DNA from: Paramoeba atlantica
Taxonomy: Eukaryota > Protista > Discosea
Assembly: GCA_977017575.1 (NCBI GenBank)
Contig: CDRNVI010000158.1
Coordinates: 120,469 to 184,468 of the forward strand
Reading direction: 5' to 3'
Length of the DNA stretch: 64,000 nt
Part shown: piece by piece, positions 48,601 through 62,177 of the stretch
Numbering within the stretch: the stretch's first letter is position 1
Layout: every line of letters begins with the position of its first letter
Notes under the pieces: generated by a model
Told to the model about the DNA's origin: nothing
The model's database searches: none
What the model saw: the letters and a program-made list of their open reading frames with translations, nothing else
Made by a program: the position numbers and the translations under genes

Positions 48601-51600
48601 TTACTGATGGGGTTGATGTTATTGATTCCCTGAAGCTGCCTCCTTTTATTTCTCTTTTTGAATGGGTTTCTGATAGTGATCGGCAACTCACTCAATTTAG
48701 GGTGGAGGCTTCGGATATTATGATGACTTTCACTTCAAGAGTGTATGAATTCCAGAACAAAAGTATTTCCAAGTCTCTTCAAACACGAGCAATATCACTT
48801 AGCCGATTCGCTCAACGCAAGAAAGGGGGTGTCAGCGAAGGAGAAACAAATGTAAAAAAAGAAAAAAAGGAAGAAGAAGAACAACCTTCATCTGTTCCAG
48901 CTCCACCTACTCGACACCATCTCCCCACTTCCAATACTGTTACCCCATCTCCTCATGTTATTCTTGATGGATCACGTGGTGGTGGTGGTGGGCCTCCTCC
49001 TGCTCCTGCTCCCCCATCTTCAGGAGGAGGTGTTCCTCCTCCCCCACCCCCACCAAGTGGACCATCACAAAAAGGTCCTCCTCCCCCACCTGCAGCGCCA
49101 CCATCAGGACCATCACGGAGTGGAAAGATTCCTCCTCCACCAAAAGGGTCCCCAACCCCACCACCGCCAGGATCTGGATCAGAGATGAATCGAAGAGGGA
49201 TTATGCAAGCGATTAAGAGAGCGAAAGGAGACCCAACAAGGCTCCCACAGTCAATGAAAGCAAAGCCACCTACCGAAGCGCCAAAATTATCCAAAGAGGA
49301 AGAGAAGAAAGTGACCGTATTTCGAGACAAGTTGGATTTGTATTGTGCGAATGAAGCAAAGTGGGAAAGATACAATTGCCCGGAGTTTGCGTATTTGCGA
49401 GACTTAACATTTTTAACAAAACTGTCAATGGAACCAATGGACCAATTGCTGGAAAAGAATCCTTATTTATCATCTAAAAAATTGAAACCTTCAAATTTCG
49501 TGGCTGTTTGGCATCATCAAGACGCAAACTTGAATGTAGCGAAGGTGGGGGTCCATATTGCAGATCAAAGAAAATTGGGGATTTCATCAGAACATCCAAA
49601 ATCTCCTGTTGAACCTGATCGATTTGTTCCACCAACAATCTCTGAGATGCCACAAAAACCTCATATTTTAGCTTTGATGATGTTTGGATTTGATCCTGCA
49701 AAGGCAGAAGAGTATTCGACACAAAAAGATCCAAAAACTGCGGCTGTGTCAGAAGAAGATATCCAACATATGTCAACTATCCCGACATTTAATGGTTCTT
49801 TGAGTCCGCATGAAGTGATTGAGTTGGCTTCTCTTCTGACTGTCCCTTTTACCAATGTTCCATTGGTTCTTTCTTTCTTTACGAATGCGATTGGTTCGTT
49901 ATTGAATCGAGATCTTCAACATATATTAGAGAGTGTTCTTTTTGAGCCAAGACATTTCAATCCTCAACCAAGTGGGTTAGAGAGTGTTCCTGTTCCTCTC
50001 ACTCAGAGAGAAAGACAGTTTGGAACTAGAAAAGGGGTTCTTGTCCAGGAGTTGAGTCTTTCTCCTTCAACTACTCTCTCTCCTTTGAGGGAATTGCTTG
50101 TTTCTGGTACAAGGTTGTGCATTGGAGATCATCGTTCTTCTTTTGCGATTTTGTTGTTGTTTTTGACGAGGACAGCGATTCGTGTTGCCCTTTTTTGGGT
50201 TTGGATTCTTTCTCATCCTGAGGATTCTTCTTTTTCTCTTCTCTCTGATCCCCTTACTTCCGAACTCCTTTCATCATGGTTTGAGACGGTCTCTTCATCA
50301 CTTACACCAAAACTCGAGTTATTATTATCCTATGCTGTAAAAGCAGATGACACAGGAAGCCAAGTTTTAATTCGTTCTCATTTGATTATGTGCGGTGACC
50401 TTTTAATGGAGATGGAGAAGATTTTTGTGTTGCTTGAAAGAGAGAGAGAAGGGAGAAAGGAGGGAAGGGAAGAAGAGGTTGGGAGGGTGTTGGATAGTCA
50501 TATTCGACATACTGCATATGTAATTTCTTGGCATAGTAAGGGGAATGATGAAGCTCAAAAGTTGACTGAGATTGAAGTTGCTCCTCAAGGAAAGGTCTCT
50601 TTTTTTTTGAGTTTGATCTAATTTTATTTATTTAATCAATTCAGTGTATTTGACCTTTTTTTTTTTTTTAAATTCTTTTATATCTTTTATTTCTTTCAGG
50701 GAATCGAAAAGAAATCAAGTAAAAAAAAGCAAGTTGTAGAATTTAAATTTCATGCTCCTCTTGGTGGAGTTCCGATCTCTTCTGCCTTTCTATTTACTCA
50801 AAAATGGCGAAAAGATATTTTGTGCTATGTGTTTCACACGAATTTACAATGCAAGATGGCATCACCCTCTTTTTCTTCTGTCTTATTTTCTCTTTCTCTT
50901 TCTTCTCCTTCTCGCCGAAACGGATTGGGGAAGTTGTTGTCTGATATTTCTTCTCTTTCTTTGCACATTACGATCGAAGAGAAGAATAAAAGAGAGAGTG
51001 ACGGAGAGGGAGATTTGGGGGATTGGATGCGAGTTGAACATGAAGGTATCCTCTCTTTTTTCTCTCTCTCTTTTTTCTCAGTTTCAAAAAATCTTTTTTT
51101 TTACAGTGGGGGTTTTTCAACACAAAACGGAGGGAATTGAAGTCAATTTTCAGACCCTAGAAGTTCATTTTAATCGCCGTTCGTTTGTTCCTACTCCACC
51201 TGATGTTTTGTCTCACCCTGATTTCTCTTCTCTTATTCCTGCTTCTTCTCAGGTGCCCACCCTCTTTTTCATTCTTTTTCTTTTTCTATGGCTCTCAACT
51301 TAACATTTTTTTTCTTCTCCCAGCCATATTGCGTCATCAAAAGCCGTCACGCAAATCGACTCTCTCTCCGCGTACTTCACAAAAATGTGCCATATGAAGT
51401 GGAAGCATGGAAACCTTTGAAGAAATGGACAGAAGAAATGAAATCTGTTCTGGGTGTTCCTCTTGTCGTTCCCCCCTCTCCTTCTCCCTCTCCCTCTCCT
51501 TCTCCCTCCCCTTCTTCCTCTTCTTCCTTAAGGGAAATATCCACATCCCCAATTTCATTCACAAAGATACCCATCGCGACTTCTATCACTCCCTCTCCCT

Positions 51601-54600
51601 CCCCCTTCTCTCCCTCCCCTTTCTCTTCTTCTCCGATCTCTTCTTTCTCCACTTCCCCTCTCTCATCTTTCTTTTCTTCCCCTCCTTCACTTTCTCTCTT
51701 CTCTTCCTCTCCCCCACCTCCCCCTCCCCCCTCCACCTCCCCTCCTCCCTCTTCTCTTCTTCGTCCTTCCTCTCCTTCCTCTCCTTTAAATCCCTCTTTC
51801 CTTCGCCCGACATCTCCCTCATTTGCCCTCTCTCCTCTCTCTCTTTTACAATATTGGGGAAACAAAATGGTAAAATATAAACCCAAAAGTTGTGGATGGC
51901 TCTCTCAATTCTTTGATCCTATTCTAGAAGACTCTTCAACAAAATTGTCCCTTTCTTTGGACAATGTGACGATTTGGATGACGGAAGGTTACGAAGATGA
52001 GTGGAATTCTCCCTCTCCTCTCGCTCTTTCTTCCTTTCGTCTTCTTATGTTAGTCTCTCCTCCTCCCTCATTCCGTTCTACTTCTCTCCCCGCCCAATCC
52101 CATTTATATTACGAAATTGTTCCAGTTCCTGAACATCGATCTTTTCTCTCTTTTGCAATTCGAGAGAGTGGGAGGAGAGTAAGAAGAGAGATGGTCTTTT
52201 GTTCAGATTATATGTATTCTCTCTGTGATTTTGCGCCAAGTGGAGAGAAAAGATTGTTACCTTGGCCAATTGGGACTGAAAATGCAGCAGGAAATTTATT
52301 TGGTTTGTTTAAAATTTTTTTTTTGGTTGAGAAATAGATTTTTCGGTCCAATAATATTTTTTTTTTCCTTTCCAATTTTGTTCTTGTATTTTTTCTCACT
52401 TTGATCCTCTTTTTTTTTAGGTTGTTTATTAGATGAAGAAGGAAAATTGATAACTAACAGAGAAGATCGAGAAAGTGTTGAGAGTGTGGTTATTCGAAGA
52501 CCAGTCGCGAAATGGGTTTTGGAATATCTTGAGGAGAGAGAGAGAAAAGAGAAGAGAGGAAAAGAGATGAGAGAAGAGAGACATGGGAAAAGTAGGGGAG
52601 AAAAGAAAAAAAAGAGAACAAGAGAGGGAGAAGAGGAATTTATTTCGAGAGAGTTTATGAGTGGAATTTTGCCCGATCCTCTTCTTGATGCATTTCACTT
52701 TTGGAAAATAGAGAGAAAAAGAAGGAGAAAAGAGAAAAGTGGAGAGAGAAAAAGAAAAAAGAGACAATATATTATTGGGTATGGAAAGAGACAAGAAGAG
52801 TGTCTTTCAGGAAGTGGGAGAGTCATTTTGGATTGGTGGGGAAATCATTCATTTTTATTGATTGAGTTAGAAGAAGAGAAAGAAGAGAGAGAGGGGAACA
52901 GGTGGAAAGGGATTGTACATCGGGTTCCGTTGAAAAGGATCTTGGATTCGAATCAGAGAGAAAAAGAAGGGAAAGGAGGAGAGAGAGGAGGAGAGGAGAG
53001 AGAGATGGTTTTGTTGGATGTGTTGTTTGAAGAGAGAGAGAGTACTCTTGGTGAGATTGCTCAGAGGATGGGGCAACTTGATAATTTTTCTCATATCTTG
53101 GTAATTGTTTCTTTTCTTTTCTTCTTTCTGTTTAGAAATATTCTGAACTTATTTTAAATAATTTCTTTCTCTCTTTCCTCTCGTCTCAGGTCTGGTCAGA
53201 AAGTAATGCACGTCCAGGAGAATGTGCTCAAATTAGTATTGCTGAACTCCCTCGCCTTCGTCTCCGTTTTGCAATGAAGGAAATTAATTCTTTTCCAAAA
53301 AGAAAAAAATTGTTTTCTTTGGATCATAGTGATTTGTTTGTTTGCGATGATGAAGGGGGATTGATGTTTGCAGACAGGTTTTTTGTTTTTTATTCTTCTA
53401 TTTTGAGAAATAGAGAAAGAGAAGAGAGTTATAAACTAATGTGAATGAGGATAGGTATACATCTTGTTTATTGCATGGGATTGTGATGCAGAATCGGTTT
53501 GGACAACATTTTTTGCTTGTTCCAAATTATAAACTTTGTCGTGTTGAGGTTCTATTTTTTCTTTCATTCCTTTCTGATCTGTAATTCGAAATATCTCATT
53601 TGTCCAAATCAGGTGAGAAGTTGTCCTTTTTCTTCTCCTTTAATCTCTTTCAGGAGTGACAAGGATTGGTTGTCACACGTTAGGACGGGTTATTATCTTT
53701 ATCCAATTCATCCTTCTGGGTCATTTATGGTGATGGGATCTTTTGCGGGGGCTTTGTATATGGTTTTGTTGAGGTTATTGAGGCGAGATTATGAAGGTTT
53801 AATTTCCTTTCTTCTTTTTCTCCTTTTCTATCACTCATATTTTTTTCATTTTACAGAAGCGAGTACTCTACTGAGCACCTGTTCCTCAGATGGACCATTC
53901 ACCAAGGAAGAGCAATGGATAATATCCCAATTCAAAGCCACAGAAACAGATGCTCACCCCAATGCACACGCCCTCCGACTCAGAATTGCAGTTCTTTGTC
54001 TCGAACATTCACCAGAATTGATACAATGGGATCAAGTTGAAGAAGATCTTTTTGATTATTTGCAAAAATATCCGCATGTTGCAGCGTTGTGTAGACTAAC
54101 TGGGGAAGAAGAACGCCTTTTGCTTGAGTTTTTAGTTCAGATGCAAGATGGGAGGTTGATTCAGTTCCCAACTACCTTGCGATTGAGGTATTTACAAGCC
54201 TTGAGTGATGCGAAAGAGACTGATGAGTCAAAGACTTTAGCTTTGCCACGACAAACTCGATATGGTGGGGCGAGATTGAGGGCATTGTATGTGCATTCTT
54301 TTCGGTATTGTAAATCAACTTTTGAAAAGAGAACGGGGCATTTGTATTATAATTATAGACGACCTGGAAATTCCGATACAGTTCCTGTAACGGGTGTGGC
54401 GGCATTTAAATTAATGCAAAAATTAATAGATGATAATATGTATGGTCAGACACATCACACCGGTTTTTTTTTATTGTATGAGATGATGTTGGGGAGAACA
54501 CACGTTCGAATTTGTCCTGAGAATGAACCGATTGAGTTGAAGCAGAGAGAGATCGGCGTCTCTCCGAACGAAAAAGAGGATCGGGGTCACTTGAAGAGGG

Positions 54601-57600
54601 TAATGGCAATTGAGAAGAATGAGGGACCAAGATACCGTTCTACCTGTCTTGTTTTGGCCAAGTTAATGCTGTATACTCTTTACTTTCGTTATGAAACACC
54701 TCGTGGTCTCCCCCCAGACACAGGATGCAGTTTTGCTTTCCTTCCTCTCATTCTCTCCTCTCTTGAGAGTGACCCCACCTACAAAGAACATTCATGGCGT
54801 TTCCCTTCTCTTCCTTATTCAAAGTATCTCCCTCTTATGTCTTCTTCGCACACTGGGCCAGCTCGAGCACAACAAGCTGGATTTTGGGGAGACAGGAGCC
54901 CAAATGGTATTGCAATAGATTTTGAAAGATTGATGACGCGTGCGGCCGTTGTGTATAGTCACGGATCATCTTGGGGGAGGAACGGAGCTTTTCAGTATGC
55001 GAAATTGAAGTTTCCAAATTATTATTGTGAGTTAGGGGATCCTGCTTTGATTGTCATCAGCCCTCAGATGAGTTTGAATTGTCGTCCTGAAGTTACCAGA
55101 TTTGATTGTGAAGAGGTTTATTTTATTTTATTATTATTTTTTTGGAATTTGGTGGAGAAAAAAATCTTTTTCTTGATTTTCCTTCTTTTCTAACCTTTTC
55201 TCTTTTCCTAGATCAAACTTAAACCATTCCATTACAAAGATATCAACCATCTTCCCGAAACTGAATTAGACTTTTCTGTTTTAAATTTTTCAAAAAAAGA
55301 GATTGAGGCGATGGGGACACAGCCTTTAGGAGTGATTGGTCTTGATCGATTTGTTTTGACTCAGAAAATGAAAGATGTTGAGAGTGAAGGAGACGGGGAA
55401 AGTGAAAGAGAGAAGACACAAATGAAAGGAATTGAAGAATTGTTTGGGTCATTAGAAACGTTGAAAACCGCTCAATGTTTCGTCGCTCAAAATATTCTCA
55501 ATCGAATGAAGAACGATATTTCTCTTTCTGAAGAAAAGAACCTCTCTCGCGAGATTTCTTCACTCTCTTTTCTCTCTCAAAGACAGCTCAAAGTGATAAG
55601 AGGAGGATTATTACAAGAGGGTTCTCTTTCTCGATCAATGACAGATCATACAGCTTATTTATTGCGTGACGCACTTGAAAAATTGTCTGAGTTTCAGAAA
55701 GAGTTGTTTGAGAGACAAAAGAGAGATACGAAATGTGTTTTGTGTGGGGTGAGAGGGGTTGAATTGTTGGCAAATCAGTTTCCTGTTGAGGTTTCGAGTG
55801 AAGATGTTCATGATGATGCAGCTACAAATGTGGTAATTTTTTCTTTTACTTTTTAGAATCTGTTTTATTTCAAATGAGCTTAGAATTTTTTGCTGGTTGT
55901 TGTGAGTTTGATAAAAATTGAATAATTTTTGGTAATTTTTTATATTTAGGTGGTGAAAAAATTATCTTTTCTGTTACAACGTCAAGCTGGAGCGAAGAGT
56001 TGGCTGACATTTCATTTGTTGTGTCGTGCGTTGATGTGCCAAGATTCGTGGGAAGCTTTAGAAACTTATAATCCATTTTTAACAAAAGTGGTTTGTTTTT
56101 CTTTTTTTTAATTTTGGATTTTTGATGTTATTTTTTTTTTAATTGTTTTGTTTTTCTAGCGGTGTGGAAAAATGCTTCAAGCTCTTTGTGGTGTTCTTTT
56201 CCGTTCCATTCGGGTCAGTCAAGTCAACTCGACCATTGCAGGAGTATCACAATTAATTTCATTAATTCGAAATGTTTTACAAGCTGAGGTGGATCTCACA
56301 GCTGTTCCTCTTTGTCTTTCTTATTTGTGGGGGAAGAGAGGAAAAGAGAAAGGAGAAGGGGAATTAGAATGGATTTTTTCATCGAAAATGAAGTTGAGAG
56401 CGATGGAAAAGTGTGGACATGATATTGAAGATGCTGCGATTGTATTAAAAATGTATTTGGAGAATTTGGATGGAATTAAAGATAAAATTGGAGAGTTGGA
56501 CACGCATAATCGGTTTGATGAAAGAGAGAGAATTCAATTGTCGTATATGGTTTTTCATATGTGTGAATTTGATGTGGCGGAATCTGTTGATTTGTTGGAG
56601 AAAGTGAAAGCAAAAGTTTTATTGGATTTGGCAAGAAGGAGATGTTGTTATGAGGGGTTGGAGTTGAGATTGTTAGGAGGAGAGGGCCAAACAGAGACAA
56701 ATCTCCTCAAAGGGGGAGGGAGAGATCATATTTCAAAGTTATCTGCAACAATTCATTTGTTGCAACATACTGGAGAGAGCGTTGCGGGGCTGGTGTCGTC
56801 ACAGAGATATTATGTGGATGTGTCAGGGAGTGGGGAGTGTCAATTTGATCCTCGATTTTTAGTTTTTGAGTTTGTTTCTTCCTTTTTGTTGAGGAAGAGA
56901 CAGATTGCTTTGGTGAAGGATTTTATTTCTTCTGCTCGAGAAGGGAAGAGTAGTGTCCAACAGGTTATTTTTCTAATTACTTCCTTTCTTTTTGACTTTT
57001 ATTTCTGTTTTCTTTGATTAAAAATTCAAAAATCTCAATCAAAAAAAAACAGATGATCATGGGAGCAGGTAAAACCACAGTTATCTGCCCTCTCTTGGCT
57101 CTTCTTTTGGCGGATGGGAAATCTCTTGTGACGCTGGTTGTTCCTTCGGCTCTTTTGGAGATGTCTCGTTCTGTTTTGAGGGCTTGTTTTTCAAATGTCA
57201 TTACCAAACGAGTTTCTCATTTCTTTCTCTTTTTTCCTCTTCTTCTCTCTTTTCTAATTTCCTTTGGACCAGGTTTATTCTTTCCATTTCGATAGGTATT
57301 CAAGTAGTGAGAGTTCGAATCAACATATGGATATGAGGAGACTCAGAGTTATGCTCGAGGTTTTCATTTCTTTCTTTTCTGTAATATTGATTTCTTTCAT
57401 CAGTTCTTTTTACGAAATTTTATTTTTTGTTTCGTTTTCTAGGTGGCACGTTCACAAAGAGGGGTGGTTTGTACAACACCCGAAGCAGTGAAAAGTCTCA
57501 TGTTAATGAATGTTGATATTCTCTCCATTATTGAACAATATGAAAGGGATGTTGTTGCTCCTCTCCTTTTGTCAAAAGAAAGAGAGAGAGAAGAGAGAGA

Positions 57601-60600
57601 GAGGTTGAATCAGAAGGGAGGAGAGAGGGTGGTCGTTGGGTTGGGGAAAAATAAGAAAACAGAAGAAGAGATTACAGAGGATGATATTCGCCCTGTTTCG
57701 CTGAGATTGAAACAGTTGAATCAAATTGCAACAGAGATTTCTTCTATTATTGAAATTTGGGGTGAAGGGGATAAAGAAGAGGAGAGGGAAGAAGAAGAAG
57801 AGAAGAAAGAAGAAGAGGAAAGGGTGAAGGAAGAGATTGAAGAAAAGAAATTAGAAGAGAAAGAAAAAGAGAAAGAAGAGGAAAAACAGCAAAAAGAAAC
57901 GACACAACCAATCCGAAAAAGAAGAGATATTGTCCTCCTTGAATCAAACACGTCCTCAACAAAAAAAAAGAGACAAATCAGAGACAAAACAAGAGCAGGA
58001 AAAGGAATTGTTCTTTTGGATGAAGTTGACGTCATTCTCCATCCTCTTTTCAGTGAACTGAATTTTCCAATCGGGAAAAAAGAGTCTCTTCCTCTCTCTC
58101 CTGAGAGATGGGAATTTCCTGTCTTTCTTTTTGAGAGGATTTTGAGGGTTGTGAAGGAGGAGAGGGAGAGGAGAAAGAAGGGAGGAAAAGAGAAAATAGA
58201 GAAGGAAAAGGAAGGAGAAGTTGAAAGAAAAGAAGAAGCGATCTTGAGAGGATTAAGAGAAAAGATGAGAGAGGGAAGAGAGAGAAGAGGGATACAACTA
58301 TCTCCTCATTTTGTTCTTCTTGATCGTTCTTTTTATGAAAAGGAATTGAGTTTTTTTATGGCAAATATTTCTGTTTTGTGGGTTTTAGAACAGAGTTCTA
58401 TTCAGGTTTGTTTCTCTCTCTTCTCTTCTCTCTTCTTCTCTTATCTGATTTCTTTCTCTTTTCCAGGAGGATTTGATGCATCACGATCAATCAATTGATT
58501 ACAAAGAAGTGATGGTCTCCTACGTTCTTGCCAAAAAAGAAATCTCTTTCCCTTCTCTCTCATCTCCCCCCTCTTCACCCCCTCTCTCTTCTTCTTCTTC
58601 TCCCTCTTCCCCCTCTCGGACATACGAGATAAACACTCTAATTTCGGAACAATTCAGTGGATATTCTGTCTCACTCTTGAATCTTGTGAGAGATTGGGTG
58701 ACATCTTTATTGCCACATTGTTTGTCGAAGATTGACCGGGTTCATTATGGGATTATGCAACCGCGAGATATGGATCGGTTCTTTCTTTGCTCTCTCTTTC
58801 TTTCTTTCTCTCTCTTTCTCTCTCTTTCTCTCCACCTTCTTATCCTTTCATCTTTTTCTCTCTCTCACCTGACGAATATTTTTGAAGATGGAAGGCTGTT
58901 TATGGATCAGATGGTGGTGCGGAGGTGTCTCTTTCTTCTCTACCTGTTCTCTCTCCCCGGCAGCTTCTTGCGATTCCTTTTGTTGGAAAAGATGTTCCTT
59001 CTCAAGCGAGCGAGTTTGCTCATCCTGATGTTTTGATTGGTTTTTTCTCTCGATTTTTCTCCTCTCTTTCTCTTTTAATTTTTTTTTTTAGGCTTGAGTA
59101 TTCTTGCATATCGATATGAGGGAATGAGAGCGAGAGATATCAAATTACTCATCAGGTGTGTGAATTAATTTCCATTTTCAATCTCTTTTTTCATTTGTGT
59201 TGACTAAAAATTATTTTTAGGGAGATGAAACATTCTTTATTAATGGAGGCTGGAGCGTTTGTTGATCGACCATCTTCAATATTGTTTGAGAAATGGATCT
59301 GTAGAGAAGGAGATGGAGAAGGATTGGATAAGGAAAGAGAAGAGAAAGAAAAAGAAAAGGAAAGAGCTCCTGTTTTGCCACTAGAAATCATCCAAACAGA
59401 AGATGAACAACAAATGGAATTATTACTCGATGTATTAAAGAATCGGGGTGATGTTGTGAGGTATTATTTATTGAGAGTTGTTTTCCCTTCGACAACGCAA
59501 CAACAGCGTGTCAAGGTAATCTTTTTTCTTCTTCTTCCTCTCCCCTTTCCCTCTTCTTTCTTTGGCTTTGTTGCTCACTTTGATTATATTAGCTTCAAGC
59601 AAGTGGGCAAGATTTAGGATCAGACATGTTATTTGGTTTACGCCTTGGTTTCTCTGGAACTCCCTCTGGTTTTGTTTTCTTTTTCTTTTTCATTTCACAT
59701 CCTATTTTTCCCAAATTTCAAAGCAATTGACAAATAAACCCAGATGTCCTCCCTCGTCAAATCCGTCCTTGTCGATACGAACCAGGCTCAGAAGCCCAAG
59801 TTCTTCACACTCTCACAGATCCAAACACAATCTCTGTTCAAATTCTCCCAAACGAAGATTGGAGAGTGACAACACTCATTAAAAATGTGACGTCCTCAGG
59901 TGCCAATTGCTTGATTGATGCAGGGGCGTTGATTACTGGGATGAGCAATGAGGAAGTTGCGAGAGCTTTGTTGGCTTGTGCTGGCAAGAGGTATCGGGGT
60001 TGTGTGTTTTTGGATCACTTGGATCGGAAGATGATTGTTGATCGGAGTGGATCCCCTGCTTTGCCTTTGGGAAGATCTGGTTTTTTTTCTTCTTTTGTTT
60101 GTTTATTTTCCTTTTTTTGAGTCTAACTCTTTTGAAGGAATCCCATTGGAAAGTCGAATGACATTCTTTGACCAAGTCCACACAACTGGAATGGATATCT
60201 CCCAACCAATTGACGCCCAGGCAACAGTTCTATTAGGAAAAGATATGACCTTTCGAGATTATGCACAGGCTTGTTGGAGGATGAGAGGATTGGGGAGAGG
60301 ACAATCTGTTCGGGTTGTTGTGGTGAGGGAACTCGAAACTTTGGTTTTTGGAGTGTCAAATAGTGGGGATTTGAGGTCTGATATTGTGCAATGGTTGTTG
60401 TTGAACTCGATCAAAAGCGAGCATTTGCAACAGATGCAACTTTGCCATCAAGATATTGCTTATACTTGGAGGAAATTTGCTTTTAATCAACTCCAGAATC
60501 TCTCAAAATTGAATTTGGAGTTGAATATTCATACGTTGAAAGAGGCTCAAGAGTCTTTTGATTTGGTGGTTCCTCGTCCTAAGTTTCATGAAATGGACCC

Positions 60601-62038
60601 GGGTTTGGACCAAAAGATTGTTGTGGAAGAGAAGAAAGGAGAAGAAGATGGAGAGAGAGGAGAAGGAGAGAAAGAACTTTTGGATCTGAAGAAGAACCTC
60701 TCTTGTCTTTCAATTTTTAAAGAGAGTATTGATAACAGCTTGCCTGATCACCCACCATTGCAAATTGGTGTCACGAAAAGGATGGCAATGATGTTGGAAG
60801 AGTTCAAAGAGTTTGTGCCAATTCATCAAAATATTCCTGAAATATTAAGTGAGTTGGAAAAGTTCGAACAAGAAGCGAGTATAATGAGCCAGCAGATGTC
60901 TGAATATGATGCAGAAATTGTCCAAGAACAAGAACAACAACAGCAACAAGAGCAACAAGTTGCAGGAGCGGAAGATATTGAGTATAGTACAGAGAAGACT
61001 GCCATCTCTCATTGGTCAATTCAATCCCTTTACAACTCTCCTCCTCCCTCTCTCTCGAATCCTCTCTCCTCTTCCATTTCTTCTTTTAAACCTCTCTCAA
61101 AGATTTTTCTCTGGAATATGCACCGTCCTCTCGAAAAATATTCTCTTTCTTTCCCTAACAATCTCTTCATTTCTCAGAACCACACTCCAAACCACCGATC
61201 TCCACTCCAACGTCTCTTAAAAGGTGCTTATGTCGTCATGGTAGTCGTCACATCATCCAATCCTTCTTCTCCTGTCTCGACGGTTCTTCTTTCTCTCTCT
61301 GAAGCTGAGGCGGTGAGGGTATTTTTGATGAGAGAAAAAATGAAAAATCCTTTCGTTTTTGCAAAGAAAGAAAAGAAGATCTTTTTGTACATGGTTTCAA
61401 TCCAACCAGGAAAAGAACTTATTCAAGGAGAACTCCTTCTCTCTCCTTCCTCTCCTCTTGACTCTTCTCCCTCTTCTCTCTTCTCTCTTTTCGATATTCA
61501 TCTTCAATGCATAAGATTTTACAATTGTGATTTCAAATTCACACAAAGAGATGCCACAGCACTCATCCAAGGATTACAAAATTCTCGCCCGTTTTTGCGT
61601 CACAAGTTTTTTCAAACATTGTTGGTGTGTCACGACAAACAAGAGGAGGCTTGGGGCGGAACGCGGATCACACAAGTTTTTAATCATCCAAGTGAAAAGC
61701 AAATAGAGAGGATTTGTTATGTTCGGGAGAGAGTGAGAGAAGTTTTGTTGGGAAGGTTTAAGAATTTGAAAGAATGTTTTGAGAGTTTGGCGAAAGATGG
61801 AGAGATTGGTCCTGTTCAAGTTTTGGGGGTTTTGAGAGAGGAGAGAGAGAAGGAGAGAGAGAAGGAGAAGGAGATAGAAGAGAAGGAGAAGGAGAAGGAG
61901 AAGGAGGGTGAAGAAAAGGGAGAAAGAGAGAGGGAGATTGTGAAGGAGGATGTGGATGAGTTGTTCTTGACGAGGAGTTTGGTGTTTGGTGAAAAAGGGA
62001 GGGTTGGTTTGCGTGATTTTGTTCATTTGTTTGAGTGA
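45648..62038 (+). CDS. Giant multi-exon DUF3638/DUF3645-family protein (P-loop helicase-like module) with a putative N-terminal Cys-protease domain
   Basis: Motifs QMIMGAGKTTVICPLLALLLADG, LLDEVDVILHP..SELNFPIG, LAIPFVGKDVPS.ASEFAHPDV, LIDAGALITG and FFDQVHTTGMDI...RDYAQACWRMR. Same-strand exons run from MGKGEKG (45648) to the stop at 62038. The single-gene join is inferred. Confidence 0.75.
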
Positions 62039-62177
62039 ACTGAGAGAAGAAAAGAAAAAGAAAACAAAAATCAAAGATAAATAAAGAAGAACAAAGTTAA
62101 TTTGTTTTGTTTTCGAGATTTGAATTTTATTGAAGTTCCGTACAAAAAGATTCGCAATCTGTGTCTGGATGTTGAGA

